A stretch of 64,000 nt of DNA, taken from the NCBI GenBank assembly GCA_030390025.1, contig CM059453.1, positions 6,634,001 through 6,698,000 on the forward strand. The letters are read 5' to 3'. The notes under the pieces are model-generated. The model did no database searches, was not told the origin of the DNA, and was given only the letters and a program-made list of their open reading frames with translations. The stretch is from Squalus acanthias. Lineage: Eukaryota. The number at the start of each line of letters is the position of its first letter. Positions within the stretch are counted from its first letter, which is position 1. The translations under genes and the position numbers were made by a program. Below are positions 1 to 11,600 of this stretch, piece after piece.

Positions 1-355
1 AGCACTGTCGGAGGGGCAGTACTGAGGGAGTGCTGCACTGTCGGAGCTGCCGTCTTTCGGATGAGACGTTAAAGCAAGGCCCTGTCTTCCCTGCAGGTGA
101 ACGTAAAAGATGCCATTGCCACTATTTCGAAGAAGAGCAGAGAATTTTCCCCGGTGTTATTGAACAATATTTATCACTCAATCAACATAACAAAAACAGA
201 TGATCGGGTCATTATCAAATTGCTGTTTTTGGGAACTTGCTGTGCACAAATTGGCGGCCACGTTTCCTACATTACGCCAGCGACCACACTTCAAATGTAC
301 TTCATTGGCTGTAAATCACATTGGGACGTCCTAAAAGGCGCTATAGAAATGCAAG
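1..355 (+). mobile_element. Deu-domain SINE (SacSINE1/AmnSINE-like), truncated by window start
   Basis: Core gcagtactgagggagtgctgcactgtcggag...gccgtctttcggatgagacgttaaa; equivalent to the copy at 34795-35836. Family name from recall of the consensus. Confidence 0.75.
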
Positions 356-777
356 TGGGATCAGATGATTTGTTTTAGCTGCATACAGGTCCTCTTCACT
401 TTGAGCTGACTGGTTTGATGGAGCCCCTCTCACACCAGTGTTTCTATATTTGTCTTGGCTCTGTAACAGAAGGTATTGCGTTAGATGTGGAGGTACTGAA
501 CCGTGTGAGAGTGCGCTTACTGTACCAGAATAACTCGTTTTATTCCATCACTGCCGCCATTCTAATTATCCTGTTACGCTACTTCTGCCTCCAAAAGGAA
601 ACCTTGGGCTTCTGCTAGCCCCGAGGACCGGCACGCAAAGAGTTATTGCCCCCTCCTTAACACTTAGCCGACTGATTTAGATAGCGTCGCGAACGTTCTG
701 AGGAGCGGTACCAAACAACATTTGAGACCGACCAATAATGTCCCTTTATAAATGTATTAGGTTCATTTCCCACTTAC

Positions 778-1035
778 ATTGTACAGAAATTTGTGTGGAG
801 CTGTTTGCGGTACCCAGGTTATTTTCAGCCACGCATCAATACTCCCCCTCATCTTCAGAACTAATGCTGTGAAATATCGGCTTTCGTTCACCGGTGGAAG
901 ACCTGCTGATCTCTTTATCATCTCGGAGCAATGTTAAACTGACAGGCGGGATCCCCAGGGCCGTTCAGTATAATAATAACGATCTTCCTTCCACTGTTAC
1001 AACAGAGCAATTATCGCTTGGTTTCCACAGTGCAT
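778..1035 (-). pseudogene. B1 third Ig (C2) exon with two stop codons
   Basis: AG/GT-bounded 258-nt phase 1-1 exon reading VEGRSLLLY*...DEGEY*CVAENNLG. Confidence 0.85.
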
Positions 1036-1844
1036 CTGAAACACGCAAGAACATTGGTGTTACAGGAAAATGTCGGAGCAGAAGTTTAGAAACCAATCCG
1101 GTTGAAAACCAACGAAGAATATTAAAGCAGATCTGGTGTTTATATTGTCAACTGTAAATTGAAAAGCCAGCTTGAGATTGTTGTTGTTCCATCGACAAGC
1201 TTATTTAGATCTGAAGCATGCTTTAACTCAACCTTTCCTCCTCTTCTCTTCAAGGAGTTGTAGTGACTTCCTGGATGTGGTTCTGCTCCACCGATACGTC
1301 AATCAAGCGGCCATTCCTCCCAGAGCAAGAACAGTGGGCTCTCACATCCCTTAAGCAGAGCTGTTGAGGCCAATTGTAGTAACCCGACCATCGCCCCAGC
1401 CAACTCGACACAGACCATCTGTGTCAGGTACTCTCTGGCTGCAACTATATCAGGAATTAGGAGCCTTTGGAATAACATTTGACGTAAAAGACAACGATGG
1501 AGCGACCAATATTACTCTATGGGTCTGTGTCAATGTTAAACAATAGAACTTACAATAAATCTCGGACAGTCAATTTGATTAATTGATTATAGAAACATAC
1601 GCCATTCTGCACTTCGAGTCTGTTCCACGAATCAATTAGATCATGGTTAATCCATATCGTAACTCCTTCTACCCGCCTTTGCTTTATTGTAACCCTTAAT
1701 AGCCTTAACAAATAAAAAATCTATCCATCACAGTTTTGACATTTTCAATTTTCCAGGCCAGCTATCACTCCCCTGAGAATAAGGACAAGTTTGGATCCAA
1801 TCTACCAACAGGATAGCAGAATGAAGGTTACAGCAGTTACTTAC

Positions 1845-2150
1845 AGTCCAGATGTAAGTGTTTCTTGAACGGTAACCACGACACCATCAACAACAAGCTT
1901 ACATCCCATCCTTTTCCCTTTACGGTCCAGTGATGGAGTGAACGTGAATGTTGATGAAACCGTCCAGGAACCATTGACATTTTTCCACTGTGTCTTGAAG
2001 ATTTAATCTCTTGCAGTGAATGAAGTTTATCCTCGTCCTGAATCCACATCAGTTCATGTTTGGCGGACGGGAAACTGGTGGTGACTGAGCAGGTCAAATG
2101 TGCTGTTTGTCCAGCAATCAGTTCCCCAGAGACTGATATCCATGACTTAT
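1845..2150 (-). pseudogene. B1 second Ig (C2-set) exon, internally frameshifted
   Basis: ELIAGQTAHLTCSVTT..W; its middle reads out of frame compared with the intact paralog at 37706-38002. Confidence 0.85.
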
Positions 2151-2814
2151 CTGTAAGGAGAGAAAGAAATTCGCGTCACAGTGGCTTGCAATACAAAAAA
2201 AAGTGGAGTGAAAGTCAAGGCGATTCAGCCCAACGCCTGAGATAATATCTTGAATAAATATTACTTTTTTTTGCACTTGATCTCTTGTGACGGACACGAA
2301 GTCGATGGGCCGAATGATCTCCTTCTGTGCCGTTATGATTCTATGGTGCAGGGGAAGGAGCCAATTGGCAGTTATTACTTAACGGTTAAGGAATCAATCG
2401 GTTGATGTATGTGTTCCTGCACCGAATTATCACCCACTATATCACATGAATTATTCATTGCTGGCCTGTTTCTTATAGTTCAGTCACCACTCTATTGCAC
2501 ACAAGTGATTTAACTCAACATTAGGTCTGACAAACATAGAAAACTGGGTCCAAGATTATGTTCCATATCTGCAGTTGGGATAGAATCTTGGATACTCTTA
2601 TACTAATGGCTCAGTGTCACTTGAAACGCTTAATTTACCCTATGAGGCACAGGGGTGAATTTAACACTTGCTTCTCATTAATTTGACCTCGTTTAATGTC
2701 GTGTAGGGAGCCCTGCAGATGGTCTTCAGGGAGAGGAAAAGGTTAACTATCCTCGTTTGTTTCCATTAACAACAGAGCGAAAGTGCAAAGATATCAAAAG
2801 AAAGCAAGACCCGG

Positions 2815-3060
2815 TTAGGGGTTCAAGCCGCACTTCAGAGACTAAAGCACAAGCTGTAGCCTGGCACTCCATTGCAGTACTGATGCAATGCTACAATGCT
2901 GGATATGCCATCTTATGGATGAAACGTTAAACCGATGTCCCGTCTTCCCTCACAGGTGGATGTAAAATATCCCAATGTATTATTTCAAATGCCCCGTGTC
3001 CTGGTTAACATGTTGCATCAACCAGCACCTAAAACAAATCATCTGATCCCTATTGCATTG
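2815..3060 (+). mobile_element. Degenerate Deu-domain SINE (paralog at ~38660-38910)
   Basis: gcagtactgatgcaatgctacaatg...gatgaaacgttaaaccga core. Confidence 0.65.
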
Positions 3061-3264
3061 CCGAGATATCGCTCCTATCCTTAAATGTTGTCCACTTATT
3101 CCCTCTCAGAAGTACAAACACTGACATTTTTGTCTTGAATCCACTAAGGATTGAATTTTGACCCGCCCGTCTTTACATCTGAATACAACATTTTGTGTTT
3201 CTCTTTCTAACTGAACATTAAAGCATACTTCTGTAAGTGTGTAAGAATGGCAGTGCTGAATATC

Positions 3265-4870
3265 TGTTCAGGTCAAAACATAACAAGTCAACTGGTTCAG
3301 ATGGGATGCATCCTCGGTTGCTCAAAAGCTAGGATGGATATAGCAGAAGCTCTGACCACAATCTTTCAATCCTCCTTGGATATTGGAGTGGTACCAGAAG
3401 ACTAGAGCATTTCAAATTTTACACCGCTGTTCAAAAAAGTGGAGACGGATGAACCTTGTAACTAAAGCTTAATCAGTCTAACGTCAGTGGTGGGAAAGCT
3501 AATTAAGTCAACTGTGAAGGACGAGATTAATTCTCACTTGGAGACGCATGGATTTATTAGGGACAGCCAGCAGGGCTTTGTTAAAGACAAATCGTGACTG
3601 ACTATCCTGATTGAGTTCTTTGATGAAGTAATAGAGAGGGTTGATGAAGGTAATGCAGTAGATGTTGTATATGTGGACGTTCAAAAGGCATTAGATGAAG
3701 TAACTCATAACAGATTATTCGGAAAATAGAAGAACAGTGTATTTAAAGGATGGTGCCCACGTGATTACGAAATTGGTTAAGGGATATGAGGCAGAGAGTC
3801 GTGGTGAACGGCTGCTTTTCTGATATGAGCGAAGTATGCTGTGGGATCCGCCAGGGGGTCGATATTAGGACCATTGCTATTCTTGTTCTATATAAATGAT
3901 CTGGACGTGGGTATTGGGAGTAACGTTTCGAAGTTTGCTGGTGAGACAAAATTTGGCAACGTATTATATGTTGAGCATGATTATAGCAGACTTCAGAAGG
4001 ACATCTACAGACTGTTAAAATGGCCAGGCACATGGCAGATGCAACTTACTGCGGATAAGTGTGAAGCAGAAATGCACTTTGGGAGAAATATATGGAGAGA
4101 TCACATACTCTAAATAGTACTATTTTGAGGGAGGCTGCAAGAACAGAGGGACATGGGGTACATATTGACAAATCTTTGAAGATGGCAGGGTAAATTGATA
4201 AGGCGTTTAAAAAGAAAGTTCATAGGATACTTCGGTTCTTTTTACATAGGGCATTGAAAACAAAAACAAGGAAGTCATGCTCAAGTTTCACAAACCTCTG
4301 GTTTGGCCTCAGCTGGAGTTTTGTGTGCAGTTCTCGGCACTACACTTGAGGAAGGAGATCAAGGCCTTGGAGGAGGTACAGAAGAAGTTTGCCAGGTTAA
4401 TACCAGGGACGAGGAAGTTCAGATACGTGAAGAGATTGGAGAAGTTGGGCTTGTTCTCCTTGTAGCAGAAAAGGATAACGGGAGACCTAACAGTGTTATT
4501 CAAAAGTGAGGGGTTTTGATAGAATAATTAAGGAGAAACCATTTCCTCTGGCTTTTGGGTTGGTAAACAAAGATCTCACATTTAAACCAATTGGCATAAT
4601 ATCTCGTGAGGAAATGGGGAAAAATGTCTTCTCCCAGAGGGTTGCTAAGATTTAGAATGCACCACCTGAAAGGATGGTGGAATCCGTTTCAATGGGGAAT
4701 TTTTAAAAGCAATTGGAGCTGTCCTAAAACAAGGCTGATTTACAGGGTTCTGTGGAAAAAGATGGGGAGTGGGACTGAATTGTATAGCTGTTTCAGAGAG
4801 CCGGCACAGGCGTGGTGGGCCGAATGGCCTTCTTCTGTGCTGTAAAATTCTATGATTCAATGATTCTATT
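3265..4870 (+). mobile_element. 5'-truncated, degenerate CR1 LINE (RT fragment plus 3' tail)
   Basis: GSILGPLLFLFYINDL..SKFA, PQLEFCVQF, RLEKLGLFSL, and a (tctatgat)n-like tail. Confidence 0.9.
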
Positions 4871-5028
4871 CTACAACACACTCATTGGTATCATGCAGTG
4901 TACCAGCCCTGCCGCTGTAGCCTGTGACTTCGGCCAAGAGTCACAAGAAATATTTACATTTAAGCTCAAGTTAAATGGCACTGAGGAGATGGACGATAAA
5001 CTAAAAAGGAACAATTCAAAAAACATAC

Positions 5029-5408
5029 ATAAAACAGAAAGGGTGATCTTAGACCCGGTAGAATATCCTTCTATATTATTGTGGGCGGTGATGACCTTCA
5101 ATATAAAATAATAGGCACCTTGATCGCGCTTGCTGATGTCCTTTAACCTTAAAGAACATTGTTTCTTTATAAATTCGCTGGTGAACTCAGCTCGACCGCT
5201 ATATTTCAAGGGCACTTTGTCTGAATCCCGGGAATCATAGATAATCGAGACCCCTGAATTTCCAGGATGAGGACCACCCTTTAACCACATACCCTGTGGA
5301 CTGCGTCCAGAGGAGGGATAATCAGATGTACACTGATCTCTGCAAATGACCCGTTCACCGCCGACACCTTCCACGGCACCTTCACAGACCATCGTGAACT
5401 ATGGACAA
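5029..5408 (-). pseudogene. B1 V-set Ig exon, frameshifted
   Basis: ORFs 5281..5553 and 4871..5392 each carry part of the domain; 380 nt between AG and GT. Confidence 0.88.
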
Positions 5409-6659
5409 CTGATGAAAAAATAGAAATTATACACTCATTGAAATCCGCAATAATATAGCAATTAAAAAAAACCCTGACCGACAAGTTAAAAACTATTATT
5501 TTAACTTTTAAACACCCACTAACATATTCATTAGTACATCTAATGAAATGCATGCAATTTTCTCCAAAACTCTTTACATTTTATTCAATATTACATTGCA
5601 AACCAATAATTCATAGTGCAATTATCAAATGAATCCTTTATAATACCTAATAAAGTTCTGAATAAAATATACATTAAATACCCACAGTCTGAGTGCACAA
5701 ATTATTGACTAACCATGTGCTATGGCTAAAACATTGTTATTTCGTGTGAAATAAATTATTAAAAATGAAAATTTTACTTCGCTAAATATCAGAATGGAAA
5801 TAAATCTAACACTCTTCATGACTGGTGCAGTTTGACGATGTCAAAATGACATAAATTGTTTTTATCTCAGATATAAGTGATGTAGTTTCTGTGTTCGGTT
5901 CGCCAGTAATATATTGGAGTTCGTAATGAATCGAATCACAATATTATGAGGTCAGCTGTTCGCCACCCACCAATCACTGGGAACCGTGGTAGATCACACA
6001 GCTTTCGCCACTCCTCAAATGTTGGTGATCTAAACTGCTGGAATACTGGGACTCCTTAAATATAACAGTTTATATCAGTGTGTGGCCAACTGTTGCACGA
6101 TATATGAGGCTCACTTACTGCTAAAGAACCCTGAGCAGAGATATATCCAGCCACCTCATCATCTGCACAGTTGCAGGACAGGCAGTGGCACTTTAGATTG
6201 CAAGATCTAAAATTGCCTTCTACATCAACTTTAGACGCCTCGACTCTCAACGTCCACACACTGAGCTAATTATCAGCGCTTGAACTGCGAGCGTTTCAAG
6301 TCTGAATCTGTGGTTAGTTATGTAGCCGTTGTCGACAGACGTGTGGGTTGATCACCTTCAGTAGTTCGGGGGCACAACACGTATCTGAAATGTCAAATGT
6401 TCAATTGTTTCTCAGAAAACAGTTACAAGAGCGTAAACTGTCATTTTTATAAGTGACTTCAGCTCTTTATATTAACATTCCAGCGAGCTGAAATCTGCTG
6501 AAATTAACTCATTGAGATCCGAATTGCTACAATGAGAGGTTTATGAAGATTCTGACTTTAGTGTTAGAACTGTGAGGTGTGACTTGAGCTTTTAGATTCG
6601 AGTCTCAGCGCTGCTGGAAAGAATGTGGATATTTTTTATCTACGGGAACAAATCCCTGC

Positions 6660-6843
6660 GATGTGTTTTCAGAACCAGGTCTCAGCTTGGCTTTACTGAC
6701 TAGTTTAGGGATGTGTGTTCAGACACAGGTCTCAGCTTGGCTTTACTGACTAGTTTAGGGATGTGTGTTCAGACCCAGGTCTCAGCTTGGCTTTACTGAC
6801 TAGTTCAGGAATGTTTGTGCAGACCCAGGTCTCAGATTGCTTT
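6660..6843. repeat. 50-bp tandem repeat, ~3.5 copies
   Basis: atgtgtgttcagacccaggtctcagcttggctttactgactagtttaggg at 6661, 6711, 6761 and 6811; paralog at 42488-42671. Confidence 0.9.
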
Positions 6844-7499
6844 AACAATAAAATAAGCCATAATGTCTGGTCAATCCCAGAGTGGCGTTTGGGGCAATGC
6901 AACCTGCTCAATGAAGCTCCACACAAGGCCTAGTTTGCTGAGCTTCCTTCCTACATTTCAATTCTTCACTGTTTACAGGCCACTAAGGACATGCATTTTT
7001 TGCTAAAGTTCATCTCTTATTATCGTTACTTTCTGAATTTGTACCTAATACCTTCATGTTCACTGTGCATATCTTTACAGTCTCCCTCTCGCTGTGTTCC
7101 TCTCCTATTCTCTCGGTGCCTAGTTCTAACTAGTTTAGTAAAGGTGGCAGGGATTTTCCGCTGGTGGATTAATTGCAAACGGCACACAGAATACGCTGCA
7201 AATTGTGCCAATTTAACGAGCTAAAGTTACGTTCAAGTTTCCACTCACACTTTGAAGAGCATAAGCCCCCAATGTTAACTCTCCCATGAACCTGGGCAAT
7301 TGAGCGGAATCGATGCGTGGCTGGAACAGGGGGCATTTCCACAGCATCGCAAAGCGGGGTGGGTTTCTTGAGAAATAAGCCATTCTTACGCTTCTCTGAT
7401 TGGCCAGTGAGGATGACGTGCCACCAATCTAATAAAAATTAACACAATTGCCCCATTTTTACTCAGAATCAAAAAGGTCCAAATTGTCATTAAATATAA

Positions 7500-7810
7500 G
7501 GAGAAACTTTGTGAAATTATAACATTTTTGGTCGTATCGACAATGCTCTCTCGTCCCTCCGGTGTCCACCGCTCGCGGAAGGCCTCAGGCATACCGAGAA
7601 TCACCGCATGCTCCCACTCAAGGAACACAGGAACGTGTTGGGAGGCAGGCAATCAGACCAAATGGTCCCCTGGAACGGGTGCTGCCTGGACCTGTGAATG
7701 GCCACCTTGACCAAGCCCAGGAGCTGACCCACGAGGAGGTCCGGCCAATTCCCCTCCGCACCCGGTGGCCAATGAAAATTACTGTGTCTCCCGAAATTGA
7801 CCACACTGAT
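7500..7810 (-). mobile_element. Tx1/L1-clade LINE ORF2 C-terminal fragment
   Basis: DLLVGQLLGLVKVAIHRSRQ...DCLP and LEWEHAV..G..EAFRERW.P.G...IVD resemble the Tx1 ORF2 C-terminus; paralog at ~43345-43620. Confidence 0.65.
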
Positions 7811-8652
7811 CTGTTTGGCCGAAACTATTGGTTAAATCAATTTTATCTGTGTCTGTTACAGCAATACTTGTATTTATGACAGGAACCTTAAATCCATTTC
7901 ACACGTCCCAGACCTCATAACTAAATTTCAATAAATGCACTGCAACAAATAGGGTGGAATTTGTGTTTAGTTCTGCAAAATTACTGAGCTTGAGTGTGAA
8001 TGTAAAGAGTTAAATCAATTAGAAGAAAGGCTGTTTACCACAGCGTCAAACGATTAACTGTCAAACAGATCCTATCTATGACATCAGAGATGCATATTAG
8101 AGCGCTCCTCAACGAAGGAAACGAAACCACACGTCCACAGACTGCAGCAGGCTAACTAACTGTCGTTACACCTCTGCAACATTCATCTGATATTAGCTGC
8201 CTGAAAGCTGAATATGTGTGAAATGTGAGTCAGAGTCATCTGCAAGCGTGGGCTTCGCATTCTGTCGCAGCCGCCTACATATCAGCATCATAAGTAACTG
8301 TACATTTCGTGTTTGTATGTGTTTGTTCGAGAGAGAGAGAGATAGATGTTGTTTCTGTATTAAGTATTATTTTGCAGCGGTTAAACTTACCGTAACATCA
8401 TATTCTGTTACAGTCGGTCACACGCAGCCCATGCACATGATGTGCTAGCTGCCTACCTCACCAACGGAGCTGATTGAGTGAGCACTGTTCCTACACATCG
8501 GTAGCAACCGAATCGGACTTCCCCCATAGTCTGATGCTGATTAGCAAAGAAATCCAAGATGTGACTGGAAAGAACAATGCTTAAATCTGAATGGTGTAAA
8601 TTATAAACTGGGTTCTTCATTTTGCGAGTGAAATCGGCAGCAGTGTCCAGCC

Positions 8653-8695
8653 ATGAGGAGTTGCGTGCTGCTGCCTCTCATAATGTTGACAGAAG
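8653..8695 (+). CDS. A1 signal-peptide exon ([14 protein letters not shown])
   Basis: gccATG start, hydrophobic core, phase-1 donor G|gtaca. Confidence 0.8.
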
Positions 8696-11600
8696 GTACA
8701 TTTCTGATGTTTTTTTTACAATTTCTGCAAGGGATTTATATCTTGTGGGAAAGGAGCAGCAAAATAACGAATATGAATGACTTTTTTGTTATTGATTTCA
8801 GAACTTGTGAAATAGGAATTTCATGATTGTTTAACGCGTGCATTGTTGTTGTATTATAGCGTATACAGCCTATTCAAATAATATTTAAATACAGGAATTT
8901 CAAAATAATTTTTATTGTAAAGCACATTTAATAAAATTGACTTCATATTGTTTGATTGATTCAAATGAGCTTCAATAGATGTTTAATATTTATTTTAATC
9001 AATATTTTAACATATATTTAATGAGAATTTTTATTGGGCGTTCGCTTACTTGTTAGTGGAAATGTATTCGTTTTTTAGATGAGTATTAATTTTTTATATT
9101 GCCGGTTCATAAATCTCCCATCAAATAGCTATTCCTATGGCCAATTCCATAGGTGTTGTGATTGGAAATGATTCAGTATTTTTTCTTGATTTTCAAGAGA
9201 CCTTCACTGATATTTGAATTGCTATTGTGATGGGCGACTATTTGTCAATTAACAAATACTTTAATGGATGACAAAGATGCTGAAATGCATTTTGAGTGAC
9301 TAATGAAAGGGTGTCTAAATTATTTTTCTCAGTTGTTTTTAGTGCTGAATTCTCTGTGATGATACCAAAAGCTGTGTCGGCGGTGGCCGGTTCATGTGCA
9401 GAAATCCGCTGTAGGTTTGGTTATCCAGACTATCGGAGAATCGGTGATGTGACGTGGTTAAAGAGGGAACATGCTCCTGGTAACCAAGGTTACTCCATTA
9501 TCTATGATTCTAAAGATCCATACAGGCTGCATTATAACTATCGTGGAGGAGCTGAGTTCAAGTGTAACATTGAAAAGAAACAATGTTCCCTCCTGCTAAA
9601 GGATATCAGGAAGAGTGATGAGGGTACATACGAACTCAGCATCGCGAACGCTTCGGCCTGGTCTATTAATGGACGTCGCAGTCAGCGTCCTCACGTATTT
9701 CTTTCTGTTTTAGGTGAGTATTCCATTTGATCCTTTTTTTGTACATTTTCACTCCAGTGCTTCAGTATGAATCAACCTATGTGCAAAGTGGCCATATATT
9801 ATAATATTCCTTACCGATCTCAAAGGGTAGTTGAAACAAAGGTTGCAAGGATACTGATAAGGGTCGAAGATGTCTGATATCCTAAACACAGAAGTATACA
9901 GACATTACAACAGTAAAACAGGCCATTCGGCCCAGCCAGTTTGTGTTGCTGTTGGACCTTCTCATGAGCAACACTCCGAATCGCATTTGCCTGCTCAGTT
10001 CACATATCCCTTTATTGCAATTCTTTTCCAACACGTGTCGAACCAATTAAGAAATATCCACATGAGGCTAGATTCGTACTTGTTGACTGAACCTAAAACT
10101 GACGTTGTAGGTCGTACTTACAATACATAATCCAGCAGCTCATTATTTCCAATGAAATGAAAGGTAATGAAACTAGGCCGGTAATCTGGAATGAGAGTTT
10201 TGACCAGGGCGGCCATTTCAAATTCTACTTCAATCTGCTTCTGTCTCCTCTGTCCTGTTGCTTAATAAGTTTAAGCACTTCTGTCAAATCATCCCAAAGT
10301 CTTTTTTATCCTTATTAGATCTGCCCCAATTATTAAATACTTGCTTGGTATTTATACATCCTCATACCAGCCAGAAACTACGCGAAGCCGCCCTAAATCC
10401 TTCCTCTAGTCTGGAGCCCAATAACCGCATTAACACTCCAACTGTGAACTGACTGCTGCTCTCGCTAAAATCTCCACTGATCTCGAATTTATATTATTGA
10501 TCTCTTGCCATTAAACCCAGAGCTCTAGAAACATCTTCATACACTTTCCCACTGGAAGTGCCACTTTTACTCTCTCATGAACCTGACCCCAAAATCCTCC
10601 GCTCTTCCACATCTCCCAGCTTTCTACCGTTCAAATTAGCATCTCCCAACTCATATATTCTGACCTTTAATTATATCTGCATCTTCTGTCCCCATTCTAC
10701 TATATCTCCTGTATCCGTTTGTAACTCGCTATAGTTCTCTATTTATCAACTGGGAGTTGTACTTGCAAGTTTGGCATGGGTGTCAAACTGCAGATATTGG
10801 ATTCGCCTCTAATTGTACACCACGCCCAATTTTCATTTTGATAGAATCCAATTAATTCCTGACGGGAAATTTTGACATCATTCTCTTGCGCGTCTCTCCA
10901 AATTATTGATGCACACAGTGAGTAGAAGAAATCCCACAGGACAACCCTGTGGGACACCGTACTGGATCCAGCTGTTCTGAGCAACTGCGCTTAACAGCGA
11001 CTCACTACATCGTCCCTTCTGAACAGTTTGTATTGTAATTTCTCCCTAATCCTTAAATACAAACCTCTTAATATCTTCTCCAATAATCTCCTGTGTTTAC
11101 CGTCTGCCATCGCTGCTTGATCACATTTCAAATTACTTCTTGGTGAAGCGTCTTTTGACGCCGCGAGTACTTAAAAGGCGTTGAATTAATTCAGTCTTTG
11201 TTCGTGCCTTTCCCTATCCAGCGCTCATTTACCCCGCTTTTAATTAGATCTTAATTAAAAATTAGATATTTCAGTTACGTGAAAAACTGTTCAAGTTATC
11301 ATTTATTTTTTCATTCAAATTCCACGGCTATAAATATTATTTCTGCTGAAGCCTTCTTCAAATTTACACGCGAGGAACCTGGGCTGGTTCTCCAACCCAA
11401 GGTGGTGTTACCCGTCGTTTGTCTGGTCTTTCTATGTCTTGAGCATTGTCGTTCTATATTGACGTTTCTTGACAGCAGAATCGAGATCTCTCTGGGTCTG
11501 CATTAATCACCATCACATAGGCAATTGCTGGTGCAGAACGAGGTGTACGAAAGGATGAAATATTCGTGACATTTTGAGGAGATAACGTTAATTCAAAGTC

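Larger units (their letters stand above)
377..6162 (-). pseudogene. Siglec/MAG-like pseudogene B1 (leader 6162-6119, V 5408-5029, C2 2150-1845, C2 1035-778, remnant cytoplasmic exon 460-377)
   Basis: V-set motifs (WSV.VP..VSAVNGS, CSLRLKDI..RDQGAYYF). V exon is 380 nt (1-nt deletion). First C2 exon has internal frameshifts; second has TGA at 965-967 and 836-838. Leader has an in-frame TAG. No TM exon found. Confidence 0.85.

Noticed and set aside
415-618. Plus-strand ORF with a hydrophobic stretch as a TM exon (also 36294-36545)
   Set aside because: It is antisense to the B terminal exon and its intron; no splice or domain support.
377-6162. B genes as the activating partners of A (SIGLEC11/16-like head-to-head pair)
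   Set aside because: B has no TM exon, retains an ITIM-type tail remnant and is frameshifted; the activating features are in A2.
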